64,000 bases of DNA from Clostridia bacterium (GCA_017411435.1 JAFQQD010000027.1:2926-66925); one strand, 5' to 3'; positions 1 to 10,503 are shown, counted from the stretch's first letter. Notes: generated from the letters alone by a model not told the origin. Program-made: numbers and translations.

Positions 1-1
1 T

Positions 2-649
2 CAGAACGGTCGCATTCTCGCGCAGTATGATAAGGAGATTGGTAATTCAATCGACCTTGATTATGTAAGCGGTGTGCCTGATTCAGGTACGCCGCATGCG
101 ATAGGATATGCCAATGAGAGCGGTGTGCCCTTTGGTCGTCCGTTTATAAAGTACACACCCACATGGGCAAGAAGTTTCACTCCTCCAAATCAAATTGAGC
201 GTGACCGTGTTGCAAAAATGAAGCAGCTTCCAGTTCACGATCTTATCGTTGATAAGAAACTACTTTTCGTAGACGATTCAATTGTAAGAGGAACTCAACT
301 TAAAGAAACCGTTGATTTTCTCTATTCTAACGGGGCAAAAGAAGTTCATATGCGCAGCGCATGCCCGCCCGTAATGTATAGCTGTAAGTATCTTAATTTC
401 TCCCGTGCAACAAATGAGATGGAGCTAATCGCAAGAAGAGTTATCGTAGAACTCGAGGGCGAAGAGGGACTTAAGTATATTGAGGAATACAGCGATGCTT
501 CAACAGCGAGAGGTAAATCACTTCGCAGGGCAATTGCTGAAAAGTTTAACTTTGCATCACTTGAATTCCAGTCAATAGAAGGTGCGATTAAAGCAATAGG
601 TATTGAACCTTGCAAACTTTGCACTTATTGTTGGAATGGTAAGGGTTAA
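2..649 (+). CDS. purF: Amidophosphoribosyltransferase, C-terminal part (5'-truncated by window)
   Basis: Open frame from position 2 (QNGRILAQYD...SGVPDSG); PRPP-binding FVDDSIVRGT; C-terminal CTYCW; followed by purM/purN. Confidence 0.95.
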   Translation, partial: QNGRILAQYDKEIGNSIDLDYVSGVPDSGTPHAIGYANESGVPFGRPFIKYTPTWARSFTPPNQIERDRVAKMKQLPVHDLIVDKKLLFVDDSIVRGTQLKETVDFLYSNGAKEVHMRSACPPVMYSCKYLNFSRATNEMELIARRVIVELEGEEGLKYIEEYSDASTARGKSLRRAIAEKFNFASLEFQSIEGAIKAIGIEPCKLCTYCWNGKG

Positions 650-666
650 TTGAAAGGAGTATTATT

Positions 667-1710
667 ATGCATTCTAATTCAAAATCGGAAAGTTACGCTG
701 CAGCAGGCGTTGATATTACAGCAGGCTACCGCGCGGTAGAACTTATGAAAAAACATATAGCAAGAACGATGGTTAACGGAAAAAAAGCTGATATTGGCGG
801 TTTTGGAGGGCTTTTTGAACTTGATGTTACCAATATGCCTCATCCCGTTCTTGTAAGTGGTACTGACGGTGTTGGTACAAAGCTTAAGCTTGCATTTCTT
901 CTGGACAAGCACGACACAGTTGGTATCGACTGCGTGGCAATGTGCGTTAACGATATTATCTGTTGTGGCGCAAAGCCGCTTCTTTTCCTTGACTATATCG
1001 CATGTGGAAAGAATTATCCCGAGAAGATAGCTGAAATTGTTTCCGGTATAGCAGAAGGCTGTGTTCAGGCGGGTTGCGAACTCGTGGGCGGTGAAACCGC
1101 AGAAATGCCCGGTTTTTACAGCGTAGATGAATACGACCTTGCGGGTTTTTCTGTTGGTGCAGTTGACAAGGCGAAGGTTCTTGATAATTCGAAGGTTGCT
1201 GAAGGCGATGTTATTATAGCGCTTTCTTCAAGTGGTGTTCATTCAAATGGTTTTTCTCTTGTAAGAAAAGTATTCGATGTTGAAAACAGCGATATTACTT
1301 CTCCTGTTGAGGCTCTTGGTGGCAAAAGTATCGGAGAAACACTCCTTACTCCTACAAGAATATATGTTAAACCCATGCTTGCTCTCTTCGAAGAAGTTAC
1401 TGTTAAAGCAGTTTCTCATATTACCGGTGGCGGTTTTTACGAGAACATTCCGCGCAGCCTTCCTGAGGGAATGTGTGCAAAAATCAAGAAAGAAGCTATC
1501 CGTATTCTTCCGATTTTTGACCTTATCGCAAAAACTGGTAATATTTCAGAACGCGATATGTTTAACACATTCAATATGGGTGTTGGTATGAGTATTGTCG
1601 TTTCAAAGGATGAGGCTGACAAGGCCCTTAAAATCCTTCAGGCAAATGGGGAAGACGCATACATTATCGGTGAAATCATCAAGAACGAGGAGAGCGTGGT
1701 AATATGCTAA
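667..1710 (+). CDS. purM: Phosphoribosylformylglycinamidine cyclo-ligase (AIR synthetase)
   Basis: YAAAGVDI, GGFGGLF, GTDGVGTK, GGETAEMPG, HITGGG and TFNMGVG motifs. Confidence 0.97.
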   Translation: MHSNSKSESYAAAGVDITAGYRAVELMKKHIARTMVNGKKADIGGFGGLFELDVTNMPHPVLVSGTDGVGTKLKLAFLLDKHDTVGIDCVAMCVNDIICCGAKPLLFLDYIACGKNYPEKIAEIVSGIAEGCVQAGCELVGGETAEMPGFYSVDEYDLAGFSVGAVDKAKVLDNSKVAEGDVIIALSSSGVHSNGFSLVRKVFDVENSDITSPVEALGGKSIGETLLTPTRIYVKPMLALFEEVTVKAVSHITGGGFYENIPRSLPEGMCAKIKKEAIRILPIFDLIAKTGNISERDMFNTFNMGVGMSIVVSKDEADKALKILQANGEDAYIIGEIIKNEESVVIC

Positions 1711-2300
1711 GGCGTATCGCAGTGTTGGTGTCGGGAGGCGGTACCAATCTTCAGGCGCTTATAGATGCTCAGAAAAGCGGTATTATTAAAAGCGGCGAGA
1801 TAACGCTTGTTGCTTCCAATAACCCTGATGCATATGCTCTTGAAAGAGCAAAAACCGCAGGAATAAATACTGCAGTTATAAATAAAAAAGAATGTGGCAC
1901 ACAGACAGAGTTTGAAGAAAAACTCATCAAAGCTTTAGATGAAAACAAAACCGACCTTATTGTACTTGCAGGTTTTATGTGTATTCTCAGCGAAAACTTC
2001 ACCTCAAAGTATGCCGACCGCATTATAAATGTTCATCCGTCACTCATTCCGTCTTTTTGTGGTCAGGGATTCTACGGACTTCGTGTTCACGAAGCGGCCC
2101 TTGGTTACGGTGTAAAAGTGACGGGTGCTACTGTTCATTTCGTAAATGAAATTCCTGACGGAGGAAAAATCATTATGCAGAAGGCAGTTGAAATAAATGA
2201 TACCGATACCCCTGAAACGCTTCAGAAAAGGGTTATGCAGGAGGCAGAATGGGTAATTCTTCCTCAGGCAGTTGAAAAAATATGTAAGGAGAACTTCTGA
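1704..2300 (+). CDS. purN: Phosphoribosylglycinamide formyltransferase
   Basis: VSGGGTNLQA, INVHPSLIP, GATVHFV and DGGKII motifs. Confidence 0.96.
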   Translation: MLRRIAVLVSGGGTNLQALIDAQKSGIIKSGEITLVASNNPDAYALERAKTAGINTAVINKKECGTQTEFEEKLIKALDENKTDLIVLAGFMCILSENFTSKYADRIINVHPSLIPSFCGQGFYGLRVHEAALGYGVKVTGATVHFVNEIPDGGKIIMQKAVEINDTDTPETLQKRVMQEAEWVILPQAVEKICKENF

Positions 2301-3013
2301 TGAAAAAAATCGATATTTATAAAGAACTTCAGGAAAACGCGTATCCCGGACGCGGAATTGTTATCGGCAAATCTGCTGACGGAAAGAGTGCTGTTACTGC
2401 ATACTTCATTATGGGCAGAAGTGTCAACAGCCGCAACCGCGTATTTGTAGAAGATGGCTGTGGTATTCGCACTCAGGCGTTTGACCCTTCAAAGCTTGAA
2501 GATCCGCATCTTATCATTTACGCTCCTGTACGCGTTCTTGGTAACAAAACTATCGTAACAAACGGAGATCAGACCGATACAATATATGAACTTATGAATC
2601 AGCAGCTTACTTTTGAGCAGGCTCTCCGTACTCGTGAGTTTGAAGATGATGCGCCTAACTACACCCCCCGTATTTCTGGTATTATGAAGGTTGAGGGTGG
2701 ACATTTTAGCTATGCAATGTCAATCTTAAAGAGTGCTAACGGAAACCCCGAATCCTGCCAGAGATTTACATTCAGTTATAAGAATTCTATTGATGGAGAG
2801 GGACATTTCATTCATACATATATGAGCGATGGCAATCCGCTTCCATCTTTTGAGGGCGAGCCTAAGCTTGTAGAAATACCTAATGATATTGATAAATTTA
2901 CAAATAACCTTTGGGCATCTCTCAACGAAGACAACAAGGTATCTCTTTTTGTAAGATTTATTGACATCAAGACAGGCGAAGTTGAATCCAGAATCGTTAA
3001 TAAAAACAAATAA
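2300..3013 (+). CDS. Stand-alone IMP cyclohydrolase (PurO-like Ntn fold)
   Basis: YPGRGI, YFIMGRS.NSRNR, NGDQTD and YTPRISG motifs of PurO-like cyclohydrolases; operon position. Confidence 0.85.
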   Translation: MKKIDIYKELQENAYPGRGIVIGKSADGKSAVTAYFIMGRSVNSRNRVFVEDGCGIRTQAFDPSKLEDPHLIIYAPVRVLGNKTIVTNGDQTDTIYELMNQQLTFEQALRTREFEDDAPNYTPRISGIMKVEGGHFSYAMSILKSANGNPESCQRFTFSYKNSIDGEGHFIHTYMSDGNPLPSFEGEPKLVEIPNDIDKFTNNLWASLNEDNKVSLFVRFIDIKTGEVESRIVNKNK

Positions 3014-3040
3014 TCTCACCATACGAAAGGACAAATACAA

Positions 3041-4225
3041 ATGAAAGAGTTTGAACTTAAATACGGATGTAATCCAAACCAGAAACCTTCAAAGATTTTT
3101 ATGCACGATGGGGCAGAACTTCCCATTGAAATACTTAACGGCCGCCCCGGATACATCAATTTTCTTGATGCCCTCAACAGCTGGCAGCTCGTAAAAGAGC
3201 TTAAAGAAGCTTTGGGTATGTGCGCTGCAACATCATTCAAGCATGTTAGTCCCACATCTGCTGCAGTAGGAGTCAAGATGAGTGACGACCTTAAGAAAGC
3301 ATGTTTTGTGGATGATGTAGAAGGTCTTGACGAATCCCCTCTCGCTACCGCGTACGCACGAGCAAGAGGAACAGACAGAATGAGCTCTTTCGGTGACTGG
3401 ATTGCCCTTTCAGATAAGTGTGATGTTACTTGCGCAAAACTTATCGCACGCGAAGTATCAGACGGTGTCATCGCACCGGATTATGACCCCGAAGCACTTG
3501 AAATATTGAAAGGAAAGAGAAAGGGTACATACAATGTAATCAAAATAGACCCTGATTTCGTTCCCGACCCCGTTGAGCATAAGCAGGTTTACGGAATAAC
3601 ATTTGAGCAGGGCAGAAACAATTTTGAAATTAACCGTGCACTTCTTGAAGATATCGTTACCGATAATAAAGAAATGCCTGAGGATGCAAAGCGCGACCTT
3701 ATAATTGCGCTTATTACACTTAAATACACTCAGTCTAACTCTGTTTGCTTTGCAAAGGATGGTCAGGCAATCGGTGTTGGTGCGGGACAGCAGTCAAGAA
3801 TACACTGCACTCGTCTTGCAGGAAACAAGGCTGATATCTGGCATCTTCGCCAGCACGAGAAAGTTCTGAATCTTCCTTTCAAGGCAGAGATTAAGCGTCC
3901 TGACCGCGACAATGCAATCGATGTTTATATTTCAGAGGATTATGAAGATGTTCTCGGCGATGGAATCTGGGAAACACTCTTTACAAAAAAGCCCGAACCT
4001 TTCACACGAAAGGAGCAGAGAGAGTATCTTGCTTCTCTTAAAGGTGTAGCACTTGGATCGGATGCATTTTTCCCATTCGGAGACAATATTGAACGCGCTG
4101 CAAGAAGCGGTGTAAGTTACATTGCTCAACCTGGTGGCTCAATCCGTGATGATAATGTTATCGAAGCTTGTAACAAACACGGTATGGTTATGGCAATGAC
4201 TAAAATGCGTCTTTTCCATCATTAA
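3041..4225 (+). CDS. purH: AICAR transformylase (PurH lacking the N-terminal IMPCH domain)
   Basis: LKYGCNPNQ, SFKHVSP, KYTQSNSV, GAGQQSR, SDAFFPF and QPGGSIRD motifs. Confidence 0.93.
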   Translation: MKEFELKYGCNPNQKPSKIFMHDGAELPIEILNGRPGYINFLDALNSWQLVKELKEALGMCAATSFKHVSPTSAAVGVKMSDDLKKACFVDDVEGLDESPLATAYARARGTDRMSSFGDWIALSDKCDVTCAKLIAREVSDGVIAPDYDPEALEILKGKRKGTYNVIKIDPDFVPDPVEHKQVYGITFEQGRNNFEINRALLEDIVTDNKEMPEDAKRDLIIALITLKYTQSNSVCFAKDGQAIGVGAGQQSRIHCTRLAGNKADIWHLRQHEKVLNLPFKAEIKRPDRDNAIDVYISEDYEDVLGDGIWETLFTKKPEPFTRKEQREYLASLKGVALGSDAFFPFGDNIERAARSGVSYIAQPGGSIRDDNVIEACNKHGMVMAMTKMRLFHH

Positions 4226-4254
4226 TAAAGAACTCTTGGAAGGATTGAATATAA

Positions 4255-5514
4255 ATGAAAGTTATGGTTGTAGGCGGCGGTGGCCGTGAGCATGCTATTA
4301 TAAAGAAAATAAAAGAAAATAAATCAGTTAGTGAAATTTTTGCACTTCCCGGAAACGGTGGTATCGCAGCAGATGCAACCTGCGTAAATATAGGAGCAAA
4401 AGATATTGAGGCAATCGTAAAGTTCGCAGTAGAGAATTCAATAGATTTTGCTATTGTTGCGCCTGATGACCCGCTTGTACTTGGTTGTGTGGATGCGCTC
4501 AATGCCAAAGGTATAAAAACATTTGGCCCCAATAAGGCAGCAGCAATTATTGAAGGCAGCAAGGTCTTCTCGAAAAACCTCATGAAGAAATATGGCATCC
4601 CTACTGCTCGGTATGAAGTATTTACAGATATGGATGCAGCGCTTAATTATCTTGAAACTGCACCCATTCCCACGGTTGTTAAAGCGGACGGTCTAGCACT
4701 TGGTAAGGGCGTTATAATCGCGCAGACAAGGGAAGAGGCGGTAGATGCGGTCCGTAGCATTATGGGCGATAGAGTATTCGGCGAAAGCGGCAGCAGCATT
4801 GTAATTGAGGAATTCCTTACAGGACCCGAAGTCTCTGTTCTCTCATTTACTGACGGTGAAACACTTGTTCCTATGGTGTCCTCTATGGACCACAAGAGAG
4901 CGCTTGATAATGACCAGGGGCTTAATACAGGCGGTATGGGCACAATTGCTCCCAATCCTTATTACACAGAAGATATTGCCAGAGAATGTATGGAAAAAAT
5001 ATTTATTCCCACAATTGATGCAATGAATAAAGAGGGTAGAAGCTTTTCAGGTTGTCTTTACTTTGGGCTTATGCTTACACCAAACGGTCCTAAGGTAATT
5101 GAGTATAACTGCCGTTTCGGTGACCCTGAAACACAGGTTGTGCTTCCTCTTCTTGAAAGCGATCTTCTTGAAATAATGCTTCATATTTCGGATAAGACTT
5201 TGAAAGATGCCGATGTTCGTTTCTCGGACGGCAGTGCTTGTTGTGTGGTAATGGCGTCTGACGGTTACCCCGGAAAATATGAAACGGGATTTGAGATAAC
5301 GATGCCTACAGATAAAAATATATATGTTGCCGGCGCAAAACACGAAGGTGGAAAACTTCTTACGGGCGGCGGCAGAGTGCTCGGCGTGACCGAAACTGCA
5401 GACACTCTCGAAAATGCTATAAAGAAGGCGTATGAAACTGTAAAGCAAGTTTCCTTTGCAAACGCTTATTGCAGAAGTGACATCGGCGCAAAGGCGCTTG
5501 AAGCCAACAAATAA
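4255..5514 (+). CDS. purD: Phosphoribosylamine-glycine ligase
   Basis: GGGGREHA, EGSKVFSK, KADGLALGKGV, NTGGMG, EYNCRFGDPE and GGRVL motifs. Confidence 0.97.
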   Translation: MKVMVVGGGGREHAIIKKIKENKSVSEIFALPGNGGIAADATCVNIGAKDIEAIVKFAVENSIDFAIVAPDDPLVLGCVDALNAKGIKTFGPNKAAAIIEGSKVFSKNLMKKYGIPTARYEVFTDMDAALNYLETAPIPTVVKADGLALGKGVIIAQTREEAVDAVRSIMGDRVFGESGSSIVIEEFLTGPEVSVLSFTDGETLVPMVSSMDHKRALDNDQGLNTGGMGTIAPNPYYTEDIARECMEKIFIPTIDAMNKEGRSFSGCLYFGLMLTPNGPKVIEYNCRFGDPETQVVLPLLESDLLEIMLHISDKTLKDADVRFSDGSACCVVMASDGYPGKYETGFEITMPTDKNIYVAGAKHEGGKLLTGGGRVLGVTETADTLENAIKKAYETVKQVSFANAYCRSDIGAKALEANK

Positions 5515-5530
5515 GAAAGGAGCAACCGAC

Positions 5531-8500
5531 ATGGTTTTCAGAATATATGTAGAAAAGAAAAGCGGACTTGACCACGGCGCGCGTTCTCTAAAAAAAGACC
5601 TTCAAGACCTTTTAGGTATAAAGGGTATAGAAGAGCTTCGTATGCTTAACCGCTATGATGTTGAAAACATTTCAGAAGAACTTTTTGAAAAATCAGTTAA
5701 GACAGTATTTTCTGAACCTCAGACAGACAATACTTACACAGAGTGTCCCATGGGAGATGTAGTATTTGCTGTAGAATATCTCCCCGGTCAGTTTGATGCC
5801 CGTGCAGCATCAGCGGCAGAATGTATTCAGATCATTTCCAAAGGCGACAGACCTGAGGTTAAAACTGCTACAATTTATGTTCTTAACGGAAAAATTTCTG
5901 AAGAAGAAGTTAAAAGCATAAAAAAATATGTAATTAACCCCGTAGAAGCCCGCGAAGCAGGTATGGAGCGCGTAGAAACACTCAAAACGGAATACACTAT
6001 CCCTACTGAGGTTGAAATTCTTGAAGGATTTTGTGCACTTTCTCGCGAAGAACTGCTCGCATTTATTGACGAGCGCGGTCTTGCGATGGATATTGATGAT
6101 ATTCTTTTCTGTCAGCAGTACTTTAAGAGTGAAGACCGTGAACCTACTATTACGGAAATCAAGATGATTGACACATATTGGTCAGATCATTGCCGTCATA
6201 CAACATTCCTCACAACAATCGATAGCGTTAAATTCGAGGATGAGCTTTTACAGAAAACTTATGACGAATATATAAATGACCGTAAGAAGCTTGGCAGAAC
6301 AAAGCCTGTTAACCTTATGGACATTGCGACTCTTGCTACAAGAGTTCTTAAAAAAGCAGGAAAACTTCCCAAACTTGATGAGTCCGAGGAAATTAATGCT
6401 TGTACAGTTAAAATTGATGTTATGAAGGATGGAAACCTGGAAAAATGGCTTCTTCTTTTCAAAAATGAAACGCACAATCATCCTACTGAAATCGAACCCT
6501 TCGGCGGTGCTGCAACATGTATAGGTGGTGCTATCCGTGACCCGCTTTCAGGCAGAAGTTATGTTTATGCGGCTATGCGTGTGACAGGTGCGGCAGACCC
6601 GACAGTTCCCGTTTCGGAGACTATGCAGGGTAAACTTCCGCAGAGAAAAATTGTTACAACTGCAGCAAACGGTTACAGTTCATACGGTAATCAGATTGGT
6701 CTTGCTACAGGTCAGGTTGATGAAATTTATCACGATGGCTATGTTGCAAAGAGAATGGAAATCGGCGCAGTTATCGCAGCAGCTCCTGAAGAAAATGTAA
6801 GAAGAGAACGGCCCGAAGACGGAGATATTGTAATCCTTCTCGGAGGAAGAACCGGCCGTGACGGTTGTGGCGGTGCAACAGGTTCATCAAAATCACACAA
6901 CCTTTCTTCTCTTGAAAGTTGCGGTGCAGAGGTTCAGAAGGGTAACGCCCCCGAAGAAAGAAAACTCCAGCGACTTTTCAGAAATAAGGAAGTTTCCCGT
7001 CTTATCAAGCGTTGCAATGACTTTGGTGCAGGCGGCGTATCCGTTGCTATTGGTGAACTTGCAGATGGACTTGAAATTGACCTCAATGCAGTACCTAAAA
7101 AGTATGAAGGCCTTGACGGAACAGAGCTTGCAATCAGCGAATCACAGGAAAGAATGGCAGTCGTAGTTGAAAGTAAGGATGTTGAGAAATTCTGTGCTCT
7201 TGCAAAGAAGGAAAACCTTGAGGCGACTGTTGTTGCGACTGTTAAGAATCATCCATATCTTGTTATGACTTGGAACGGAAAAGAAATTGTAAATCTTTCC
7301 AGAGAATTTCTTAATTCAAACGGTGCTGAAAAGCATATCGACATTGCACCTGCTAAGACTAAGGAATATAAAAAAGAAATTAAGGGTACATTTACAGATA
7401 ACTACAAATCCCTTGCCGAGGACCTTAATGTATGTTCAAAGCGTGGCCTTTCTGAGCGCTTTGACTCAACAATCGGTGCAGGCAGTGTATTGATGCCCTT
7501 CGGCGGTAAATACCAGCGCACGCCAGTTCAGGCAATGGTAAATAAAATTTCAACTCCTGATGGAGACACAAACACCTGCAGTCTTATGAGTTGGGGCTAT
7601 AACCCCTTCATTATGGAAAAGAGCCCCTATCATGGTGCATATCTTGCAGTAGTTGAATCTGTATGTAAGCTTATTGCACACGGTGGCTCATTTGAAGAAG
7701 TATATCTTACTTTCCAGGAATACTTCGAAAAGCCCAAGACAGATCCTGCTCGCTGGGGTAAACCCATGGCGGCACTTCTTGGTGCATTCAAGGCCCAGAA
7801 AGATTTTGAAATCGCATCAATCGGCGGCAAGGACTCGATGAGCGGCAGCTTTGAAAATATTGATGTTCCGCCCACGCTTGTTTCATTTGCTGTTACAACA
7901 GATAGCGTTGACAACATTATTTCTCCTGAATTTAAGAAAGCAGGAAGTAATGTCTATCTTGTAAAACCTGAGTATGACGAAAATAATCTCCCAGTGGCAG
8001 AATCAGTAAAAAAAGAATTTGCATTTGTGACCAAGCTTATACGAGATGGAAAAGTTCTAAGCTGTTACACACCCACATATGGTGGTATAGCCGAGGCTGT
8101 TCTTAAAATGGCAATGGGTAACGGTATTGGTTTCAGCTATAAAGAAACTGTTTCAACAGAAGAAATTTTTGGATATAATTACGGCGCATTTGTTCTTGAA
8201 ACCAGTGAGGAAATTGAAGGCGCAACCCTTCTTGGAAAAACTACATCAGATGACGAAATTTCATTTGGTGCAGAAAAGCTTTCTCTTACCGAGCTTTGTG
8301 AATTGTATGAAAATAAGCTTGAAAAGATTTACAAATGCAATATTGAAACACCTTTAGAGAAAGTTGAAAAGTTCAGTTACAGCGGTGCAAGTGCGATAAA
8401 GGCATCTTCAAAGATTGCACAGCCTCGCGTTCTTATTCCTGTATTTCCTGGTACAAACTGCGAATACGACAGCGCTAAGGCATTTGAAAATGCAGGTGCA

Positions 8501-9217
8501 AAAGCAGAGATTTTCGTTATAAACAACCTTACATCAGCAAATGTTGCCGAGTCGGTTACTGAATTTGCAAAAAAGGTTAACGAATCTCAGATTGTGTTTA
8601 TTCCAGGCGGTTTCTCAGGCGGTGACGAACCTGACGGAAGCGGTAAGCTTATAACAGCATTCTTCAGAAACAAGGAAATCAGCGAAGCGGTTATGAACCT
8701 TCTTAAAAATCGTGACGGTCTTATGGCAGGTATTTGTAACGGCTTCCAGGCACTTATAAAACTCGGACTTGTGCCTTTCGGCGAGATTCTCGAGGCGGAC
8801 GCAAACAGTCCCACCCTTACATTTAATACAATTTCACGCCATCAGTCCAAGATTGTTAACACAAGAATTGCTTCAAATAAGTCTCCGTGGCTTATGGAAA
8901 CAAATGTTGGAGACATTTATACTGTGCCGATTTCTCACGGTGAAGGTCGATTCCTCGCAAGCGAAGAACTCATCCGTAAACTTGCACAAAACGGTCAGGT
9001 TATCACTCAGTATGTTGACCTTGATGGTAACCCCACCTACGACATTCAATACAATCCCAACGGTTCAATTTGTGCGGTTGAGGGTATCATTTCCCCTGAT
9101 GGAAAGGTACTTGGCAAGATGGGTCATTCAGAGCGTATTGGTAAAAATCTTTATAAAAATGTTGAGGGTAACTATGATATGAAGATGTTCCTCTCAGCGG
9201 TAAAATATTTCAACTGA
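5531..9217 (+). CDS. purL: Large fused FGAM synthase (synthetase plus C-terminal glutaminase)
   Basis: YWSDHCRH, ETHNHPT, DFGAGG, GGFSGGD, GICNGFQ and MGHSER motifs; ATG at 5531 behind AGAAAGGAG chosen over the ORF-track start. Confidence 0.96.
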   Translation: MVFRIYVEKKSGLDHGARSLKKDLQDLLGIKGIEELRMLNRYDVENISEELFEKSVKTVFSEPQTDNTYTECPMGDVVFAVEYLPGQFDARAASAAECIQIISKGDRPEVKTATIYVLNGKISEEEVKSIKKYVINPVEAREAGMERVETLKTEYTIPTEVEILEGFCALSREELLAFIDERGLAMDIDDILFCQQYFKSEDREPTITEIKMIDTYWSDHCRHTTFLTTIDSVKFEDELLQKTYDEYINDRKKLGRTKPVNLMDIATLATRVLKKAGKLPKLDESEEINACTVKIDVMKDGNLEKWLLLFKNETHNHPTEIEPFGGAATCIGGAIRDPLSGRSYVYAAMRVTGAADPTVPVSETMQGKLPQRKIVTTAANGYSSYGNQIGLATGQVDEIYHDGYVAKRMEIGAVIAAAPEENVRRERPEDGDIVILLGGRTGRDGCGGATGSSKSHNLSSLESCGAEVQKGNAPEERKLQRLFRNKEVSRLIKRCNDFGAGGVSVAIGELADGLEIDLNAVPKKYEGLDGTELAISESQERMAVVVESKDVEKFCALAKKENLEATVVATVKNHPYLVMTWNGKEIVNLSREFLNSNGAEKHIDIAPAKTKEYKKEIKGTFTDNYKSLAEDLNVCSKRGLSERFDSTIGAGSVLMPFGGKYQRTPVQAMVNKISTPDGDTNTCSLMSWGYNPFIMEKSPYHGAYLAVVESVCKLIAHGGSFEEVYLTFQEYFEKPKTDPARWGKPMAALLGAFKAQKDFEIASIGGKDSMSGSFENIDVPPTLVSFAVTTDSVDNIISPEFKKAGSNVYLVKPEYDENNLPVAESVKKEFAFVTKLIRDGKVLSCYTPTYGGIAEAVLKMAMGNGIGFSYKETVSTEEIFGYNYGAFVLETSEEIEGATLLGKTTSDDEISFGAEKLSLTELCELYENKLEKIYKCNIETPLEKVEKFSYSGASAIKASSKIAQPRVLIPVFPGTNCEYDSAKAFENAGAKAEIFVINNLTSANVAESVTEFAKKVNESQIVFIPGGFSGGDEPDGSGKLITAFFRNKEISEAVMNLLKNRDGLMAGICNGFQALIKLGLVPFGEILEADANSPTLTFNTISRHQSKIVNTRIASNKSPWLMETNVGDIYTVPISHGEGRFLASEELIRKLAQNGQVITQYVDLDGNPTYDIQYNPNGSICAVEGIISPDGKVLGKMGHSERIGKNLYKNVEGNYDMKMFLSAVKYFN

Positions 9218-9231
9218 TAAGGAGCTTATTT

Positions 9232-9774
9232 ATGGATTCTGTCAGAAATAGAGTAAAAGAACACAGAAAAATAAGGAATAAAAAACTTTTGTTTGGTGTA
9301 ATCGCTGTAATCATTTTAATTATTGTTGCAATTACAGTAGAAAACAGAATCAGTTCTAAACCTACTGAGGTTACAATTTATAAAAATGAGATAACAGACG
9401 AAAAAGCGGTGTTCATCCCTGTAAAACAGCTTGACACCAGCATTATTGCTGTCAAAACAATTGACGGAAGCTATCGTCTTGCTTTTAATGATTGCATAGG
9501 TTGTTATCAGCAGTTTGGAGTTCGTGGTAAATTCAAAAACAATTCGGATAATACGGGTCTCATCTGTGACAACTGCAAAAGCGAAGTAATGTATGACGAA
9601 ATGGGTTACCTTGCTGAGGAAAGTATGCCTTATCCCATTCCTGAAGTTGAAATAGAGTCTCTTGATGACAAATTTGTAATTTCAGCAGATTATCTTGAGG
9701 CGAAAAAACAGGCTCTTCTTGAAATGCGTAGCGGTAAAGTGAAGAATCAGTACAGCGAAAACCCGAATAAATAA
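9232..9774 (+). CDS. Membrane-anchored CxxC...CxxC protein (DUF2318/FtrD-like Fe-S protein)
   Basis: N-terminal hydrophobic helix; AFNDCIGC and LICDNCK motifs resemble DUF2318. Confidence 0.6.
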   Translation: MDSVRNRVKEHRKIRNKKLLFGVIAVIILIIVAITVENRISSKPTEVTIYKNEITDEKAVFIPVKQLDTSIIAVKTIDGSYRLAFNDCIGCYQQFGVRGKFKNNSDNTGLICDNCKSEVMYDEMGYLAEESMPYPIPEVEIESLDDKFVISADYLEAKKQALLEMRSGKVKNQYSENPNK

Positions 9775-9796
9775 AATACAAATTTTTTCAAACATT

Positions 9797-9840
9797 AAAA
9801 CCTCTTTTCCTGCTTAAAATAAAGTAGGAAAAGAGGTTTT
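9797..9840. terminator. Bidirectional intrinsic terminator
   Basis: Perfect 15-bp arms AAAACCTCTTTTCCT / AGGAAAAGAGGTTTT. Confidence 0.75.
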
Positions 9841-9843
9841 TTT

Positions 9844-10437
9844 ATGAAAATTATTTTAATTGTTGCGATAGCTATTTTAACGGGATGTGCTGCCCGAAAT
9901 CAGCCAATAGCACAAAAACAAAGAGCTAATCCTCTTGAAAATAGATTTTTCAGACAAAAGGAACTGGTTGAAAAGGAAACAGTACTGGGGGAAGCATCAA
10001 CAAATATTCTCGACCAAGGAAAAAACAGAGTTCAGAATATTAAAATAGCATGCGAGAAAACGAGTGGTGTTGAGGTCAAGGCAGGGGAGACATTCAGCTT
10101 TAATTCCTCAACAGGCGAAAGAAACGAGGAAAATGGCTATAAAAATGCTCCGGTAATAGTTGACGGAGAAAAAAGTTACGGCGTAGGCGGGGGAGTATGC
10201 CAGGTAAGCACAACAATCTATCTGGCGGCACTTAATTCAAATTTGTCTGTCACAGAACATCATAACCACAGCGAACCTGTAGCTTACGCTCCGAGTGGAA
10301 AAGATGCAACTGTAGTATACGGGGTAAAGGACCTTAAAATTAGAAATAATACCGATAAATCTATCTATATTTATACCTGGATAGAAAATGAAAAAGTTTT
10401 TGCAAAAATTATTAAAAAAAGTATTGACATACAATAA
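9844..10437 (+). CDS. VanW-family lipoprotein (YoaR-like)
   Basis: Lipobox-like LTGC; FSFN, GGGVCQVSTT, HHNHS and DATV.YG motifs. Confidence 0.85.
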   Translation: MKIILIVAIAILTGCAARNQPIAQKQRANPLENRFFRQKELVEKETVLGEASTNILDQGKNRVQNIKIACEKTSGVEVKAGETFSFNSSTGERNEENGYKNAPVIVDGEKSYGVGGGVCQVSTTIYLAALNSNLSVTEHHNHSEPVAYAPSGKDATVVYGVKDLKIRNNTDKSIYIYTWIENEKVFAKIIKKSIDIQ

Positions 10438-10481
10438 AATTAATGCTATTATAATGACAAGAGATAACGATAACGATTATC
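10424..10481 (+). promoter_or_regulatory. Sigma-A promoter with downstream Fur/PerR box
   Basis: TTGACA 10424-10429, 17-bp spacer, TGcTATTAT 10444-10452; GATAACGATAACGATTATC 10463-10481 is 16/19 to the Fur consensus GATAATGATAATCATTATC. Confidence 0.75.
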
Positions 10482-10503
10482 GTTATTGGCAAGGAGGGAT
10501 TAT

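Noticed and set aside
9844-10437. VanW as a vancomycin-resistance marker
   Set aside because: No vanHAX/vanRS nearby; stand-alone VanW-domain proteins are common in spore formers
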